In this document: positions 13,556-26,557 of the stretch, one piece after another
Position numbering within the stretch: the first letter of the stretch is position 1
Layout: the number at the start of each line of letters is the position of its first letter
DNA from: Rhizodiscina lignyota
Taxonomy: Eukaryota
Reading direction: 5' to 3'
Assembly (NCBI GenBank): GCA_010015805.1
Contig: ML978121.1
Coordinates: 2,046,001-2,110,000, forward strand
Length of the DNA: 64,000 nt
Made by a program: the position numbers and the translations under genes
The notes under the pieces: model-generated
Told to the model about the DNA's origin: nothing
The model's database searches: none
Seen by the model: the letters and a program-made list of their open reading frames with translations, nothing else

Positions 13556-13841
13556 GAGACCTTTTGGCTTGAATCGATGGAGGCAAATTGGTCTCTTTTA
13601 TTGCTTAACCGGAACTCGGGATTTCAAGTACAGGGACAAAAGGCGACAGTTGGAGATTTTAATGCTGAATTTATAGATCGGGGTATCTCAATGGACCCAA
13701 AAGTCCTGGCTGTTCTATCTTTCGAGCCTTCAACCAAATGACGACTCCAAAATGCTATCTGGGGTATCGAGCATGAAACTCAAAGCGTATAATGTAACGA
13801 AAACAAGCATGTAGTTTAACTTGTACCACTGCCTGGACCTT

Positions 13842-15425
13842 CTAACTTCCCGTCCCCCCACCCTCCTGCTCTTTTCCTCTGTCAGGATCCCGGGCATGCT
13901 GTCTTTCTTTCCATGCCCGCAATGCCTGCTCTCGCTGAGCAGCTCTCTCCTTTGCGGCCTTCTCTTTGTTTCTTTGAGCCACGTCTCGCCAGGGATCGAG
14001 GCTGAGGTCCGTCTCGTAGTCACTCAGCGTACTCCGAGGAAAGTCAAAGTCGCTCAGGAACATGCTGGTATGCGGCGTTGTTTCATGTCCAAGGCCGACA
14101 GAGACATCCGGAAGCCTTGCCTTGGCTTTACCTGAGGCCTCTGCTGGAGAAGCTCTCTCCTCTTCTTCTGCACCAACATCTGCCGTATCTCGAAGATATA
14201 CTCGCGGCTTTCGTGCTTGAATTTCCCTCTCTCTTTGGGCTGCTTTCGCCTGGGCTGCCTTCTCCTTGTTCCTCCGAGCCTCGTCTCGAAACGGATCGAG
14301 GCTCAGAAACGTCGACGGGTCTTCGCTCAGCATGCTCTCTGGGAAGTCGAAGCCGCTGAACGACAAGCTCGTGTGCGAAGTCGCCGTTTCTTCATCGCCG
14401 ATGGACACGTCCAGGAGTCGTGCTTTGCCCTTACTGGAACCCACGGTCTCGCCTGTTGGTGAGAATTCCTCTTCCTGGCGCCGCGGGGGCAGATCCTGCA
14501 TTTCATATTCGACGTGTTCGTCCTCCGGGATCCCTTTCAGCAAGGCATGTGCCAAGGTCTTGATGCGATCCTGGGCACTCATGTCAGAAGCCGCCCTGAT
14601 CCGTCGTTGAGGGGAAGCAGCAGGCGCAGGTGCAGCAGGGAGATTGTCCACATCTGTAGGTCTGCGATTGCGCGATTTGAACGGAACTTCATCTTCGACG
14701 GGTCTCATCTCTGTGCGTTCCATTTCGTGATGCGTCATATTCGGCAATGCTTCTGCAGATCGAGATCGGTACCTGGCTACTGCATACCTGGCTGCAACAG
14801 CGCTGGCAGATTCGTCAGGGCCCAATGAACTTGCTGGAACCGCGGCGGCAGAAACTTCACTCCGAAATCCTATTGAAGATCTTAAGCCTCGACGGTGCCA
14901 CTCCTCTAGCATTCGTCGCTTGGCCGGAGTCATATGCCCGATGATCGGATCGTGGTTATCCTGCTTGTGGTCGACGCCCCTCGTGATGGTCGAGAACGGC
15001 ACCTGTGGTTTGGTGCCAGAGAGGTCGATTGCGCTGCCGCCTCGTCTCCGTGGAAGTCCAGGTAGATTTAAGTCGAACTCGGGATCAAGCTCCGAAGACA
15101 CCCTCGGGGTCCCATGCCATATCTGATTCTGGCGTGCCGCGTACGCCTCGGCATCTCTTTTCCTCAGGCGGTCGAGCTCCTCAATTAGCAACCGCTCCCG
15201 CTCCTCTCTTACTTTCTCGACAATCTCTTGCGCGCGCCTTTCTTTCCGCTGCTTTAGGTACCGCCAGCAGAGGTAGATTAAGGCAGTGAAAAGAAAGGTC
15301 CCCACGGTAGCTCCAACACCGATGCCGGCTTTGTCTGCTTTAGACAGACCTTGACCCCCTTGGATGCCCTTAACGACTTGGTCGAAGGTTTCGCGCTGCC
15401 GGATGGATGGTGGAAGCGGCGCCAT
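13842..15425 (-). CDS. Single-pass membrane protein with a long disordered tail containing an internal duplication
   Basis: 527-aa ORF. TM segment AGIGVGATVGTFLFTALIYLCW is followed by a basic stop-transfer stretch. Two copies of KxKARLxDVS...FDFPxSxLS...LSLDPxRDxAxRNKEKAA. Confidence 0.8.
   Translation of the reverse strand: MAPLPPSIRQRETFDQVVKGIQGGQGLSKADKAGIGVGATVGTFLFTALIYLCWRYLKQRKERRAQEIVEKVREERERLLIEELDRLRKRDAEAYAARQNQIWHGTPRVSSELDPEFDLNLPGLPRRRGGSAIDLSGTKPQVPFSTITRGVDHKQDNHDPIIGHMTPAKRRMLEEWHRRGLRSSIGFRSEVSAAAVPASSLGPDESASAVAARYAVARYRSRSAEALPNMTHHEMERTEMRPVEDEVPFKSRNRRPTDVDNLPAAPAPAASPQRRIRAASDMSAQDRIKTLAHALLKGIPEDEHVEYEMQDLPPRRQEEEFSPTGETVGSSKGKARLLDVSIGDEETATSHTSLSFSGFDFPESMLSEDPSTFLSLDPFRDEARRNKEKAAQAKAAQREREIQARKPRVYLRDTADVGAEEEERASPAEASGKAKARLPDVSVGLGHETTPHTSMFLSDFDFPRSTLSDYETDLSLDPWRDVAQRNKEKAAKERAAQREQALRAWKERQHARDPDRGKEQEGGGTGS
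13961..14435. repeat. Imperfect direct repeat (about 170 nt, two copies, about 300-nt period) within the CDS
   Basis: 13961-14132 aligns with 14261-14435 at both DNA and protein level. Confidence 0.75.
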
Positions 15426-16842
15426 GGTCTTTAACTTGATATGTATGACGAAGTTTCAAAAAGCGCGGTAAGGTTGAGATGTGAGTGAGAGGGAGAAGTG
15501 ATGGATCGCAAGCCGCGGATGAAGTGTGAGGAGTGATATGAAGACCAGAAACGAGTGGATGCGGCAGGCCGATGGAGAAGGTCGGTAGTTGGGGGCGTGC
15601 TCCCTTCTTATACTTGTCAGGTGGTACAAACGGTATATAGGCGCTTATGAGTTCCGAGTAGATCGTAGATTCGATCAGTCACATGAGGCTCAAACCGACG
15701 TCGTGGCCCGATCCTTGCCGTGGCAAGGCGGGAATTATGCGAGATCTCAGTGTCGTAATAGGCCAAAGGTATTTGCTACCTCTTTTTGTGGCTGATAGAG
15801 AAGCCTTGGAAAGAAGTAATCGTTTGCGTGATGTGATGGAGTTGACGATATCGACTGCCGGCACACTGCCTTGTCGCCAATGGAGGGCTCTGAGTTAACG
15901 CTAACTGTGTATGACGGATTATCGCTCTTTCTGAATGGTTTGAGTTAATATTCAATCGTAAGATCACGGAATTTGAGGCTGTTGAGTGTTTGCCGGTCAG
16001 GTTTACGAAAGTGTCCTTTGGGGGTGTGCAATTGTGATCGGAGATGCATGAAAGGCTGAGGCAAATAGGAGAATGTTGATAATTCGCACGGCCACCCAGT
16101 GAGATAATGGTCCGCATGACGACGAGCTTCCGGTTTTCGGAGTGTGCGAAAGCTGCTCCAAGTCATGTGCGGACGTCATTTCTCTATCAAAAAGAGAGCA
16201 CGGAGCAAAACGATCTCCTGGATACCAATTTACTTTGACGCCTGCCTGAGGGAACGAAGTGGCATTCTGTATTGTGCCCCATTCAACATCATTGTCCACA
16301 GGATCGCCTGATGGATAGCTGTCATATATTTATAAAGTCAGTCCTGCGTTTGCTCCTTGCCACGACTTCGATGATGACGATGGTCACAAACAGCAAACGA
16401 CCACACGTCAGACGTGACTTCTGATCTCGCCCAAGTCATGTAAACTGTTGGTGTTGCCAGTGACGTGCACCACATAGCTGGATTTCGGGAAGTTTGTTGG
16501 CAGCATGGTTGAGTAGGCTGGGGAGACACGCGGACATTGCGACCTTGCTGTCTGAGCATTATCATACTCTCGAAGAACTCTGAATCGTAAGAATGTCGAG
16601 TCACACAGCATATGTGGACTGAGAAACGCAATTGCGCCCTCACCTTGTGTGGCAACAAGTATACAAGAGGGCTGGACCACATTGCCGCTGCGCATCCCAA
16701 GACGTTCTGTAAGAAGTGGAAATGAAAAGGAAAGTATCTCAAGACGGCGTGCCAATGAGAGGAAATAAAAGATACTTAGCAAGTAGAAATCTCTGTGCTA
16801 AATCGAAACTTTTGAAACTACACTAGTTATGTACGGGTATCA

Positions 16843-19272
16843 TCACTGTTCTTTCTTTTCCGCCTCGCCGGTTGCTTTTTCCTTCTCTGCCATGTACTCC
16901 TTCAGCTGCTTCATACTAATTGGCGGTGGCCTGCCCTTCGCACCTCCCCTCAAGCTCTTCAACTCCGTCTCCAGCACAACACTCACTCGCTCGAGAATCC
17001 ATTCTGATTCAGTTTTACTAGCCATGAGAGGGCTCCTGGGACCCAGCCAGCTCCATTTCGCTGCACACACCCCAGGCAGATCTTCATCACTCGCAGGCGG
17101 TGTGCCTGGGTCTCGAACTTGCCCACCAGCATTGCCAATTTCCTCTCCGCGACGCTTCGCTGGCTTACCTGGAGGCCTTCGGTGAAAGTCTGGATCATCC
17201 TCATCTTGGCCGATAAGCATGAGGAAGTATGCCCATTCAGCATAACTGTACTGCTTTGGTGGTGATTTATTGACGTCGCGCATAAGATTTCGCAACTCGC
17301 GGGCAAGGAGGTAGTGGTAAAAGTGTGTATCCGCTTCAGTCGGATCACCTGCCTCTTCGGCTTCTTCTGTTTCGTGGAGTTCCTCTTCTTCGAGGTGCTG
17401 TGTCATGCGGTCGAGGGCTGAGGTCTGGATGCGGTTCCGGCGTTTTCTGCCCTCTTTGTCATCCTCTTGAGAACTGTAAAAGAGGAAGCCAGGAGGTCTA
17501 TCGACTCGGAAGTCCTCGGTATGAAACAACCTTGCTTTGGCATTTTTGGCGGTGGTTTTGATGCCTGCGCGTATGCCATGTTCGCCTGGTAGAATCGTAA
17601 TGGAGGCAGCCCAAATGGTGACATCGCTGATGAGCTTGACTACAGTATCTCCCATGTTGCTGATGAGGATGGTGAGGGTAGGAATTGCGAGGAGTGACCA
17701 AAAGACGAAGAAGGGGCGTCCTGAGTTGGATGCAGGTTGGGCGTCGCCATAGCCAATGGTTAGAAGCGTGGTGTAGGAGAAGTAGAGCGAAACAAAGTAG
17801 CTCCAGCCTTGAGCTCGTTCGGAGTACATGAAAATCAAAGCGCCAATGAACCAGAGTCCGCATGCTGCGAGCGTAGAAGTGAGTAGCGACATCCAGCGAC
17901 GTCGACTCGAAGAGTCTGATTGAATTTTGCGCATGATGTTGAATTCTTGTTCTCGCCGTTCCGGCTCTGAGAGACCTGTCTGGCTGAAGCTCATTCTTCT
18001 GAAGTGACCAACTTTGATGGTTTCATTTTCCATGTTTACGGTGGACAAAACCCGCTCGCGGCGTTTTTCTGTCATACGCGCTTCCATTTTCGCTTTCGCA
18101 CGTTCCAGGACCAAAGTTCGGATTGACCCCACGACCAGACCAATGGTAACGATGCCTCCAACCGCGTAAGGGAATAGGAGGCCCCGGCCAAGATGAGTTG
18201 CGGGTGTAAAGTCGTCGCCGATGCCAATTGTGAGGAGAGTAAAGTCGGCCCAATAGACCGCATCAAGGTATTCCCAACCCTCAATAAAGGAGTATATGCA
18301 AGCACCGAGTAAAAGGTAGAGCATGAACATGATCGTTTGGATCATGAGCGTTCGCTGGCTGATGGTGAGCCTGAATTCTTTTCGGTAATGGCCCTTCCAG
18401 GCACCCCAGACTGTGCCGATCATGAGGCAAGAGATGATGAAGTAGAGGGCCGCAGCGATGATTCCGTAGTAGTAGGCTTGTGAAAGGGCGTGGGTTTCTG
18501 ATGGTTCGACGCGGAAAAGGTGGTGGGAACTAGCGACGGAGACAAGAGCAATGAGCATGAAGGAGGCGAGGAAGAAGCCGACGATCGTGATTGATTGCGC
18601 GACAGCAAATGGGATTCTGCGAGCCATGTTTAAGAGGAGAGCGAGGTTGGCGATGAGGGCGAGTGCGAGGGAGACTGAATTGACCGCAATGAGCCTTGTG
18701 ACATGAGTTAGCATCTGCATCCAAAAAAGTAATGGCGAAATATGAATGCAAGTTAGCGATGTTGGGAGAATCCCGGCAGACAGAATCCAATCCAGAGGAA
18801 ACAACAGTAGCGTCGATGGAGGTGTTTACACCTCGGGCTTTTGCTTGCGCCGAAGACTTAGTGAAAATGGGGTTGCGAAGCCTGGAACATTGTCCAATTC
18901 TTCGTCACTGTGGCTCTTCTCACCATGGAGGATCCTTAATATGCTGTCCCTTCGTCTCAGAGACTCCTTTGGGTACGTAAACTCGCCAGGACTGGACGAG
19001 CGCACAAATGCTAAACGAGTTGGCCATTGGCCCGAACGTTCCAGCAATAAGTGGGCATGCTGTGGATGCGAACCACCAGCGGCTTCAACATCCAAAAGTT
19101 AGCCAGCTGATCTGAATATTCAAATTCTCCATGACTCGATAATCAATCCGTACCTTGGATCGAGGAAGTTCTCCTCTTCCGCTTCCTCCTCTTCTTGTAG
19201 GTGTTGGTAGGGGTTGTGCTCGAGGTCTTTGGCTGCCTCATTAACAGGCGAATCTAGTCCAGGATCGTTCAT
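16843..19272 (-). CDS. TOK1: Outward-rectifying two-pore potassium channel TOK1 (3 exons)
   Basis: MNDPGLD...FLDPS|RWWFASTACPLIAGTFGPMA, with introns 19083-19153 and 18695-18923. Two pore loops (LLTIGIGDDF and LLTIGYGD) and multiple TM segments. Confidence 0.93.
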
Positions 19273-20710
19273 GGTGAGTTTGGTGTATTCTCAATGGACC
19301 AATTGAGGTCATGACCATGTATGAATGTGAAACGATCTTTCTGGAATGAATGGTCCCTTGATGAGGAGTTGTGGATGTGATAGAAGACCTTGCTTTCGGT
19401 GTCAAGAAGCAACAGGGCCAAGCAGACTAAGCACGCCAATGACGCAGTGGTCCCAAGGATTATGCAGGCGTGTGCGGGTGCCAATGCCGGGGTTTTTGGG
19501 TGAGTGTCCGCCGAGGATCGGTGTCCTTTTAGGACGCTGTGGGGAAAGGCGTGGTTGGGCTCCCCCCTTTTGGCTAGGATTCAGCTCCTTCCCGCTTCAC
19601 CGTCCACTTCGATCTATCTTGAAGACACAACGGCGATGCTACGACGCCAAACTCCTCCTTCCGAGCGCAGAACATAGCCAGAAACTCGACAGAGTCCCTG
19701 ATAAGATGCTGGGATCCTGTATGCTACTGTATTCTGCCGCCCTCCCGAGCCGACGAGACGATGGCCCCTAGTCTCTCACGCCTTCCGTGCACACGTAAAA
19801 CGTGGCGACTGTGACGAATTCGACGCGATGAAATGGCCAAAAAGCTGCAAAGGAAGCTCATGTCATCATGACTATGTCTCTGAATAACAGCGATGTACTG
19901 GAGCGACCACTGCAGTCAATGCCCGAGATTTTTCGGCCACGCCTCCTTGAAAACACCGATCGGTAACGATGGATGAAGGGCTCAGATGGCCCAAACGATC
20001 ACGATGGCTTTGCAGTAGGCCGACTCTTCATCGCAGTGCAGAAGCTCTACGTACTAGCCGGATCACTGCTGTCGTCAAGCCAGCCGAGCTCCAGTTATGA
20101 ACCCGTGCCCTGGCATCATGCTGCGGTGCCTGGAACAGGATAATAGCTTCATTTGCTACAATAGCATTCACGATATAATGAGCAATTCGAGTTCATGACG
20201 GCTAGCGAGCCCGAGGTTGACAACATTCGATGTATCTCTCGACGAATGCCCGAGTACAGCAGAACTGGTATCGACTAGTCTCATTTCAATTTGCGACCGA
20301 GACTTCCGGGCCACCTCCCTTCGAACCTGCGGCCGTATATTCACCAATATGATAAGGCGGCCGGTGCGATCTTCCTCTGGGAATAGACGGCGTGCTTGGC
20401 TTATATCGGAAAGACACAATACCGCGAGGGGACGGCGAGATGCATGCACAAGCATATCGCGAGAGGCGGCTGAGAATCCGATGGCAAGCTACCATCTCAA
20501 GAGATGACGCTGTGGTGAATGCATATTGTAGATGGGGGCGTGCCATCGAACCATGCTTGCTGATGACGTGGGCCAATGGCTCATTCGGCATGGTATTTTT
20601 CTTTTGCTACGCCTGTGGCATTGCAGAAAGAGCTTGGAGTTTGAGTACAAAGCTGCTTGGGGAACCCCTTGGTTTTTGATGAGGACGCGGACCTTCCAGG
20701 GAATTCGGAG

Positions 20711-20820
20711 CATTTGGGACCTGCCTCGGGGACTTGACCCTTGGACCTGGATCTTGGACCTGGATCTTGGACGACGCGGAACCTGGACCTCTGATATCTC
20801 CCTTGGACGTGGACTTGGTT
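20711..20820. repeat. Cluster of short (T)TGGAC(C) / TTGGACCTGGATC repeats
   Basis: TTGGACCTGGATC occurs twice in tandem, plus several degenerate TGGAC/GGAC copies within about 110 nt. Confidence 0.6.
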
Positions 20821-22139
20821 CATACACCCCGAATTTCGATTAATTTTCCAGAATAACGCACCAGAGTTGCCTGTGATTTTGACTTTTGCATCCCTTGGAC
20901 CACGAGGATCCACCAGACGAATATACACCGTTCAAAATATAAGTTCCCTCAGCCAGGCAAGATGATTGGAGGCGAACGGGCAGCATTCTGAAAATTGGAC
21001 GTCGCCTATCCTTGCCCAACCGATAAAGCTTCACCGTATCTGCAGGACTCAATGTGCCAAGGGTACAGTGGAACTGCTCTGGCACCGGATGGTATTTCCA
21101 TATTTGTCCGTCAAGTGTTCATCGATAGAGCAGCATACGATTCGTGCTTGCCCACTCTGGACGAAGTCGTTCTCATTCCATACAGAACTGGCTTTACGCT
21201 TCCTTGACGCGTTCCGATGGCCTTGCTCAGTCACGACAGTCGGCTTTCTGGCCCTGTTGTGATTTGGCGATGCATCGCCGTAATTCCGTGTCCGTCTTTG
21301 GAACTGTTATTACCCGGGCCTTGCCGATTTGTTATATTTGTCGAAGACAGTTTCAGTTGCATTGTTCGAGCTTCCCCAGTGTTACCAATTGTAAATATCG
21401 CTACATGCGGAGCATGGTGAATCTTTACCACCGGTCTATATTATTGGGGGAAGATTCTGAGCTGCCTGTAAAATGCTTGAATGACCTGTCACCCAGACTC
21501 TGGTTCTAACAGTCTCGAATGGAACGGCTGGGGCAGGCTTCTGGACCGTTACGGAGTAGTGTTGAGAGCTATTGTCTTCAGCCCTGGAGGCCTATTCTGG
21601 ACACTGCAGCTCTTATTGCGAAGCTGTCGCATATTGGATTGGTCCAAATATAACCAGGCTTGGCAATCTCTGAACGTCGAAAGACGTGCAGCAGGTGACA
21701 TGGATGCCTCTCAATTGCCATGCAAGTGCTCGTAATGCAGCATGGCAATGCTTTCTTGCTCTTGCCCACTGTACCACCGAAAGCGGTACGGGAACGTTTA
21801 TGATGGTCAACCGCACGCTCTATGATAACCACGCTGCCGTTATCCCGGCGCTATTTCGGTAGTCGAAGCATCGAAGGGGCTCTCTCGGTGTAGCTGGCGT
21901 TCAGCGCATGGGACAGGACGAAGGCGAAGAAGTGTACGCTGAGTCCCCGATAACCTGCTGCAGTCGCGAAGCAGCGTTATCCAGTGTTGTCTCCGTATCG
22001 CGCCCTTCTGGACATAGTGCAAGGCGAGTCTATTTGACTCTCCGCGCTCTTCCATCCATCATGACAGCCCTGCCTGATCGATTATGGACGAAAAATTGTC
22101 GCAAGGTGTGGTATAGAAATTTTCCAACGGCTCTTGTAA

Positions 22140-22175
22140 GGTTCCACTTGCTGGGTTCCACTTGCTGGGTTCCAC
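22140..22175. repeat. 15-nt tandem repeat (GGTTCCACTTGCTG-type, about 2.5 copies)
   Basis: Sequence reads gttccacttgctgggttccacttgctgggttccac. Confidence 0.6.
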
Positions 22176-24087
22176 GCTGCCAGGGACGGTGTTGAGATAT
22201 AGCCTTCATCTTTTTTGTGGTCTCCTGGGCCACCATCGCGGATATCAATCGCCTTTGGCCACTGATGCCTGCCATCTCTTCCAGATCTCTCAGGATGTGT
22301 CTGACCGGTATCTCTACCTGAAAGGCGAAGGCTTGCGGAGCCACCGCGCGTTGGGATGGCGTTTGTTGCTCCGTCGCTGCGGTGTACCCGTTCGAGATGT
22401 CTTCAAAGTAGATGTTCTCTTCAACGGTAGCTCTTGCGACGATCGGTCTAGCCTCGCATCTGGTGATAGAGTGTTTATTCTATCTGCGAGAAGTCGTATT
22501 CTTCGCTGCTTGCGATGACGTCGAAGGCTTTATTCGATTGCTGCCGCTTGCTCTTCTACCGGTTTGCTTTGAGGTTTCAAACATCTGGAGTTGGAGGCTC
22601 TGAACAAGCACAGGCTCTGTGGCGCCGTTTCAGATGCTTTGGCTGGGTAGATATCTCGACCTGTGCTACGATCTTTGGATGCTGGAAGGTCCTATTGCTT
22701 GCTGCCCTCTTCGCGGTCTATTTGGAACCTGCTTTGGATTGACGATGGTCTGCTTGCTGCTACCGGGGCTCTCCACCTGTTCGTCAACCGCAATGAGCAA
22801 GGCGAAGTAACTTACTATGTCTCCTCTTCTGGCAGCAATGATCGGTGGATGCCGATCACGATGATGCCGGATTCCGGCTCCTCTTCCGTCTCCTCCTCGC
22901 GCTCCTGGCGCCTCTCCGCACCAAAGCAATCCAACCTCTTCAATGCCTCCTCTACGGAGGCCCAAGTCGTCATTTTGTTTGTGCTGTTGTGTCTTTCTTC
23001 GTCTGGGACGGAGCACTATAGGAGCACTGGTCGGCAAAATCTCGGCAAAATCTCTCACCACCAAGAAGTCGAAAATCCGCATCCATATCCAGCCAGGATA
23101 TCCTGCAGGATATTAGACGTCGTTTTTGTGGATAGACCATATACAATAGGTAGAGAAGCATCTGCGTGCACGCTTTGATTCCGATTCGTCAAACAAGAAG
23201 CTACCTCTCATTCTGAGTCTTGATCGTCAACAGCTACAAGTGACTACACCTACATTGTGGCAAGACGATGTGATATTGGATATGCTCGCCACGGCCACCT
23301 TCTGCAGAGCAGATGAAATATACTCCCAGATCCTTTGATTCGGCGCAGCTCAGGCAATTCAGAAGCTTGCGCTCGGCCTGCCAACCTACCTGTGGACTTC
23401 TGCGCTTGGCTTTAGCGCAGTATGCTCAAGGACGCCATGCGAGAGGCTCTAATGTATGGATAGATGGCATATAGAGCTCTCTAACGCGGCTGTGGGGTAT
23501 ACAGTTTACAGTCACTCTGTATCCGACCATATGGCACTGCACGCGTGGTTACAGCGAAGGCATAGAAAAGATGATTCACACGACAACCGAGCCACATGCA
23601 TTTGGATTTCGGAAATCTATCTACAGATGGACCTGCGCTGGCGAACAGTGCGGTAAGCCAGCGTTGTTGAATGATGCGTGTGAGCTGAGAGTGTCACGCC
23701 AACTCTCCATCATAATAGAAGCATCGAGAGCCAGTTGTGCCAGTACATGAGGCAGAGGGCATATCAAAGAAGCAACCATGCTCAATAGTGAAACCGTATC
23801 ACCATGAGCGGCAAGACTGATGCTTCCGGTGCCGGTGTCGAATCTGCGCCTCGCTGGTCGAGCTCCGGGTGATTCGCCAGGCTCGCCTCGCGTGATCCAA
23901 GAAGGGAGGGAAGGCACTACTCCGGTGGCGGCCTTCCAAACAGCTTTCTGCTGCCTTGGCTGACTCAGCGCCTTCTGCATCCAAAACTTTGAAGCCCTGC
24001 CCGCTTGTTTTCTCTCTCTTTCCTTCCACTCTCCTCCACACCGAACACCTCACCACTCAACCTCGAATCACTTGTCACAACAACAAG

Positions 24088-26039
24088 ATGACTTCCACTC
24101 ACGGTGAGGCTGGCCAAGAGGCCAACGCGCCGGATAACGCTCCGGAACACACTGGCATGGCCAAGTACGGTGAGCTTCCTGCCACCAAGGAAGAGGGTCT
24201 CAGGCTTGCCGAGGAGCGCGGCTGGGGCCGGCAGGTCCCCGACACGGTCGCCATGGATACTGGCGCCTTCAGTGGCCAGTGGTTCTCCAACCCTGCTCAG
24301 TATGAGTATCATGGAGATGAAGGCGACATTGGTCCCGAGGTCCCGCAGCTTGAGGAAGAGCTCTTCAACACTCTTCTCCGCCCCATCATCGGCGATTACA
24401 CTGACGTGTATGACCTTGAGGTGAACAGTGAGGGCCCGCACCCGGTTCGTCCTGTGTTGCAGTTTGCTCATGCTGGCTTCCATCCCTTGATGAACGAAAA
24501 CCTGATCAAGGCTGGATACTTCATGCCCCTTCCGGTTCAAGTTGCGACGCTCGGTGCTATCAAGGAGGGCAGGGATGTGCTCGTCACTTCATTCACTGGT
24601 ATGTATTGCGCCCAAATTAACCAGTCATGTGCTAACACCACTGCGCAGGCTCTGGCAAGACCGTTGCCTATCTTGCTCCTTCCATCTCGCGCTTCATGGG
24701 CAAGTGGAAGACTGCGTGCAAGCCTCGCCCCCGTCGCGACACTCCTCAGGGCGTCCGCTATCGTGCTGAGCCAGTCATCCTCATCATCGTGCCAACCCGT
24801 GAGTTGGCAGCCCAGATCTTCGACGAGGCTCGCCGCCTCTCTTACCGAAGCATGCTGCGCCCTTGCGTTGTATATGGAGGTGGTCCTCTCAAGACCCAGG
24901 CTGAAGAATTGGAGAAGGGATGTGATATCCTTATCGCCACTCCGGGTCGTCTCGCCGACTTCCTGGGCCGCCCTGGATCTCTCGGCATGAACCGTGTCAA
25001 GTGAGTGCTCGTGCAACCGACCCCGTCCTTACTCTTGCTAAATCCCGACAGGGTCACAATTATCGACGAGGCAGATGAGATCCTTAAGGGTACTTGGCTC
25101 GACCATGTCAAGAGCATCCTGACCGGATATGGTATGTTTCTCATGACCCTAACCAGAAAGAACAATCCATTGACGTTTTAATAGATTCCAATGATGACGA
25201 GGACCACCAGTTCATGATGTTCTCCGCTACTTTCCCTCCGGATATCCGCGAGGTCGCCGACGACTTCTTGGCCAACAACAAGATGATCATCTCGATCGGT
25301 CGCGTTGGTGGCACGCACTTGAACATTGACCAGAGGGTGTACTACGTGGACTCATACTTGCGCGACAATGCGCTTTACGACTTGCTGATGTCCTGCGAGC
25401 CTGGTCGTACGCTCGTCTTCTGCAACTCCATTTGGTTGGCGGAGCATGTGGACGACTTGCTCTTCAGCAAAGGCCTTCCAGTCACCCTTCTCCACTCTCA
25501 AATGACCCAGGTCGAGCGCGAAGACGCAGTGTACGTAACCGTGACGTCTCCTGTATCTGATGTCCTCATTCTTACTAATTTGTCGTCACAGGCGTGCTTT
25601 CAAGGTCGGCAGCGCCCCGATCATGGCGTGCACTTCCGTCGCCTGCCGCGGTCTTGACATCCGAGGCGTCACGCACGTCATCAACTACACGCTTCCTCAG
25701 CACGATAAAGGCGGCGTTGACGAGTATGTGCATCGCATCGGCCGTACTGCTCGCGTCGGCAACAAGGGCCTCGCAACGGCGTTCTTCACTGAGAAGGATC
25801 AGCCCCTTGCCAAGGACCTTCATCCACTTCTCAAGGAGAACGGGGTGGACGTTCCTGATTGGCTTGAGGAGTTCTATGCACAGGAAGTCAACGAGGATAC
25901 TCAGACTGGAGATGCCGAAAACGCTGATGCAGACGCTGATGCAGACACTGGCGCTGCCGACGTCAACTGGGGTAATGGTGAGATCTTGACCTGCAAAAGA
26001 AACAGAATGAAACTTGCTAACTCTCATCGTACAGAGTAA
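24088..26039 (+). CDS. DED1/Vasa-like DEAD-box RNA helicase (multi-exon)
   Basis: Q motif GYFMPLPVQ; I TG|SGKT across intron 24599-24648; Ia PTRELAAQI; Ib TPGRL; II DEAD; III SAT; V CRGLDI; VI HRIGRTAR. Further introns near 25001, 25132, 25530 and 25978, with a probable 5-nt terminal coding exon (AGTAA, 26035-26039). Confidence 0.9.
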
Positions 26040-26557
26040 TCCTCATACCGTCTTGCTACATTAGTCACCCTCGGGTACTGTGCCCATGGCATTAGCATGA
26101 CTCAACACTTTTCGCGAAGCATTCTGCGCTCCGCTCTCTACTGTTCTCGACGATGGGGTTATCACTGGTCTATGCGGACGTTTCGGACGTTTCAACCATT
26201 ACTGACTTTTGCCCTATCACGATCGTGTGCTTGTCGAATTCGTTCACGAGCTCACGCGCTTCAACGGGCATAGTCTGGTTGTGCACCTCTCCTCCATTTC
26301 CTTTTGCTTTTCTCACACATGGGATCCGAACAAGGGCTCCTGAAAAGTCTTCAAACTAAAACTGCAAACTCACCAAAAAAAAATTAGTTTCCCAATTTGC
26401 TGGATTTCAGGTAGTTGAATACAAAATGAACCCCATCGTCAAATTAATGTGCCCTATGAGTCTATAAGGCTTTGTGACCTTGTGTAATATTCCGCGATTT
26501 GTTTTGGGTATAAGAGGTCCTGCCAGTCCGGGAGACCATTAGCTGTCAACATTCAAG

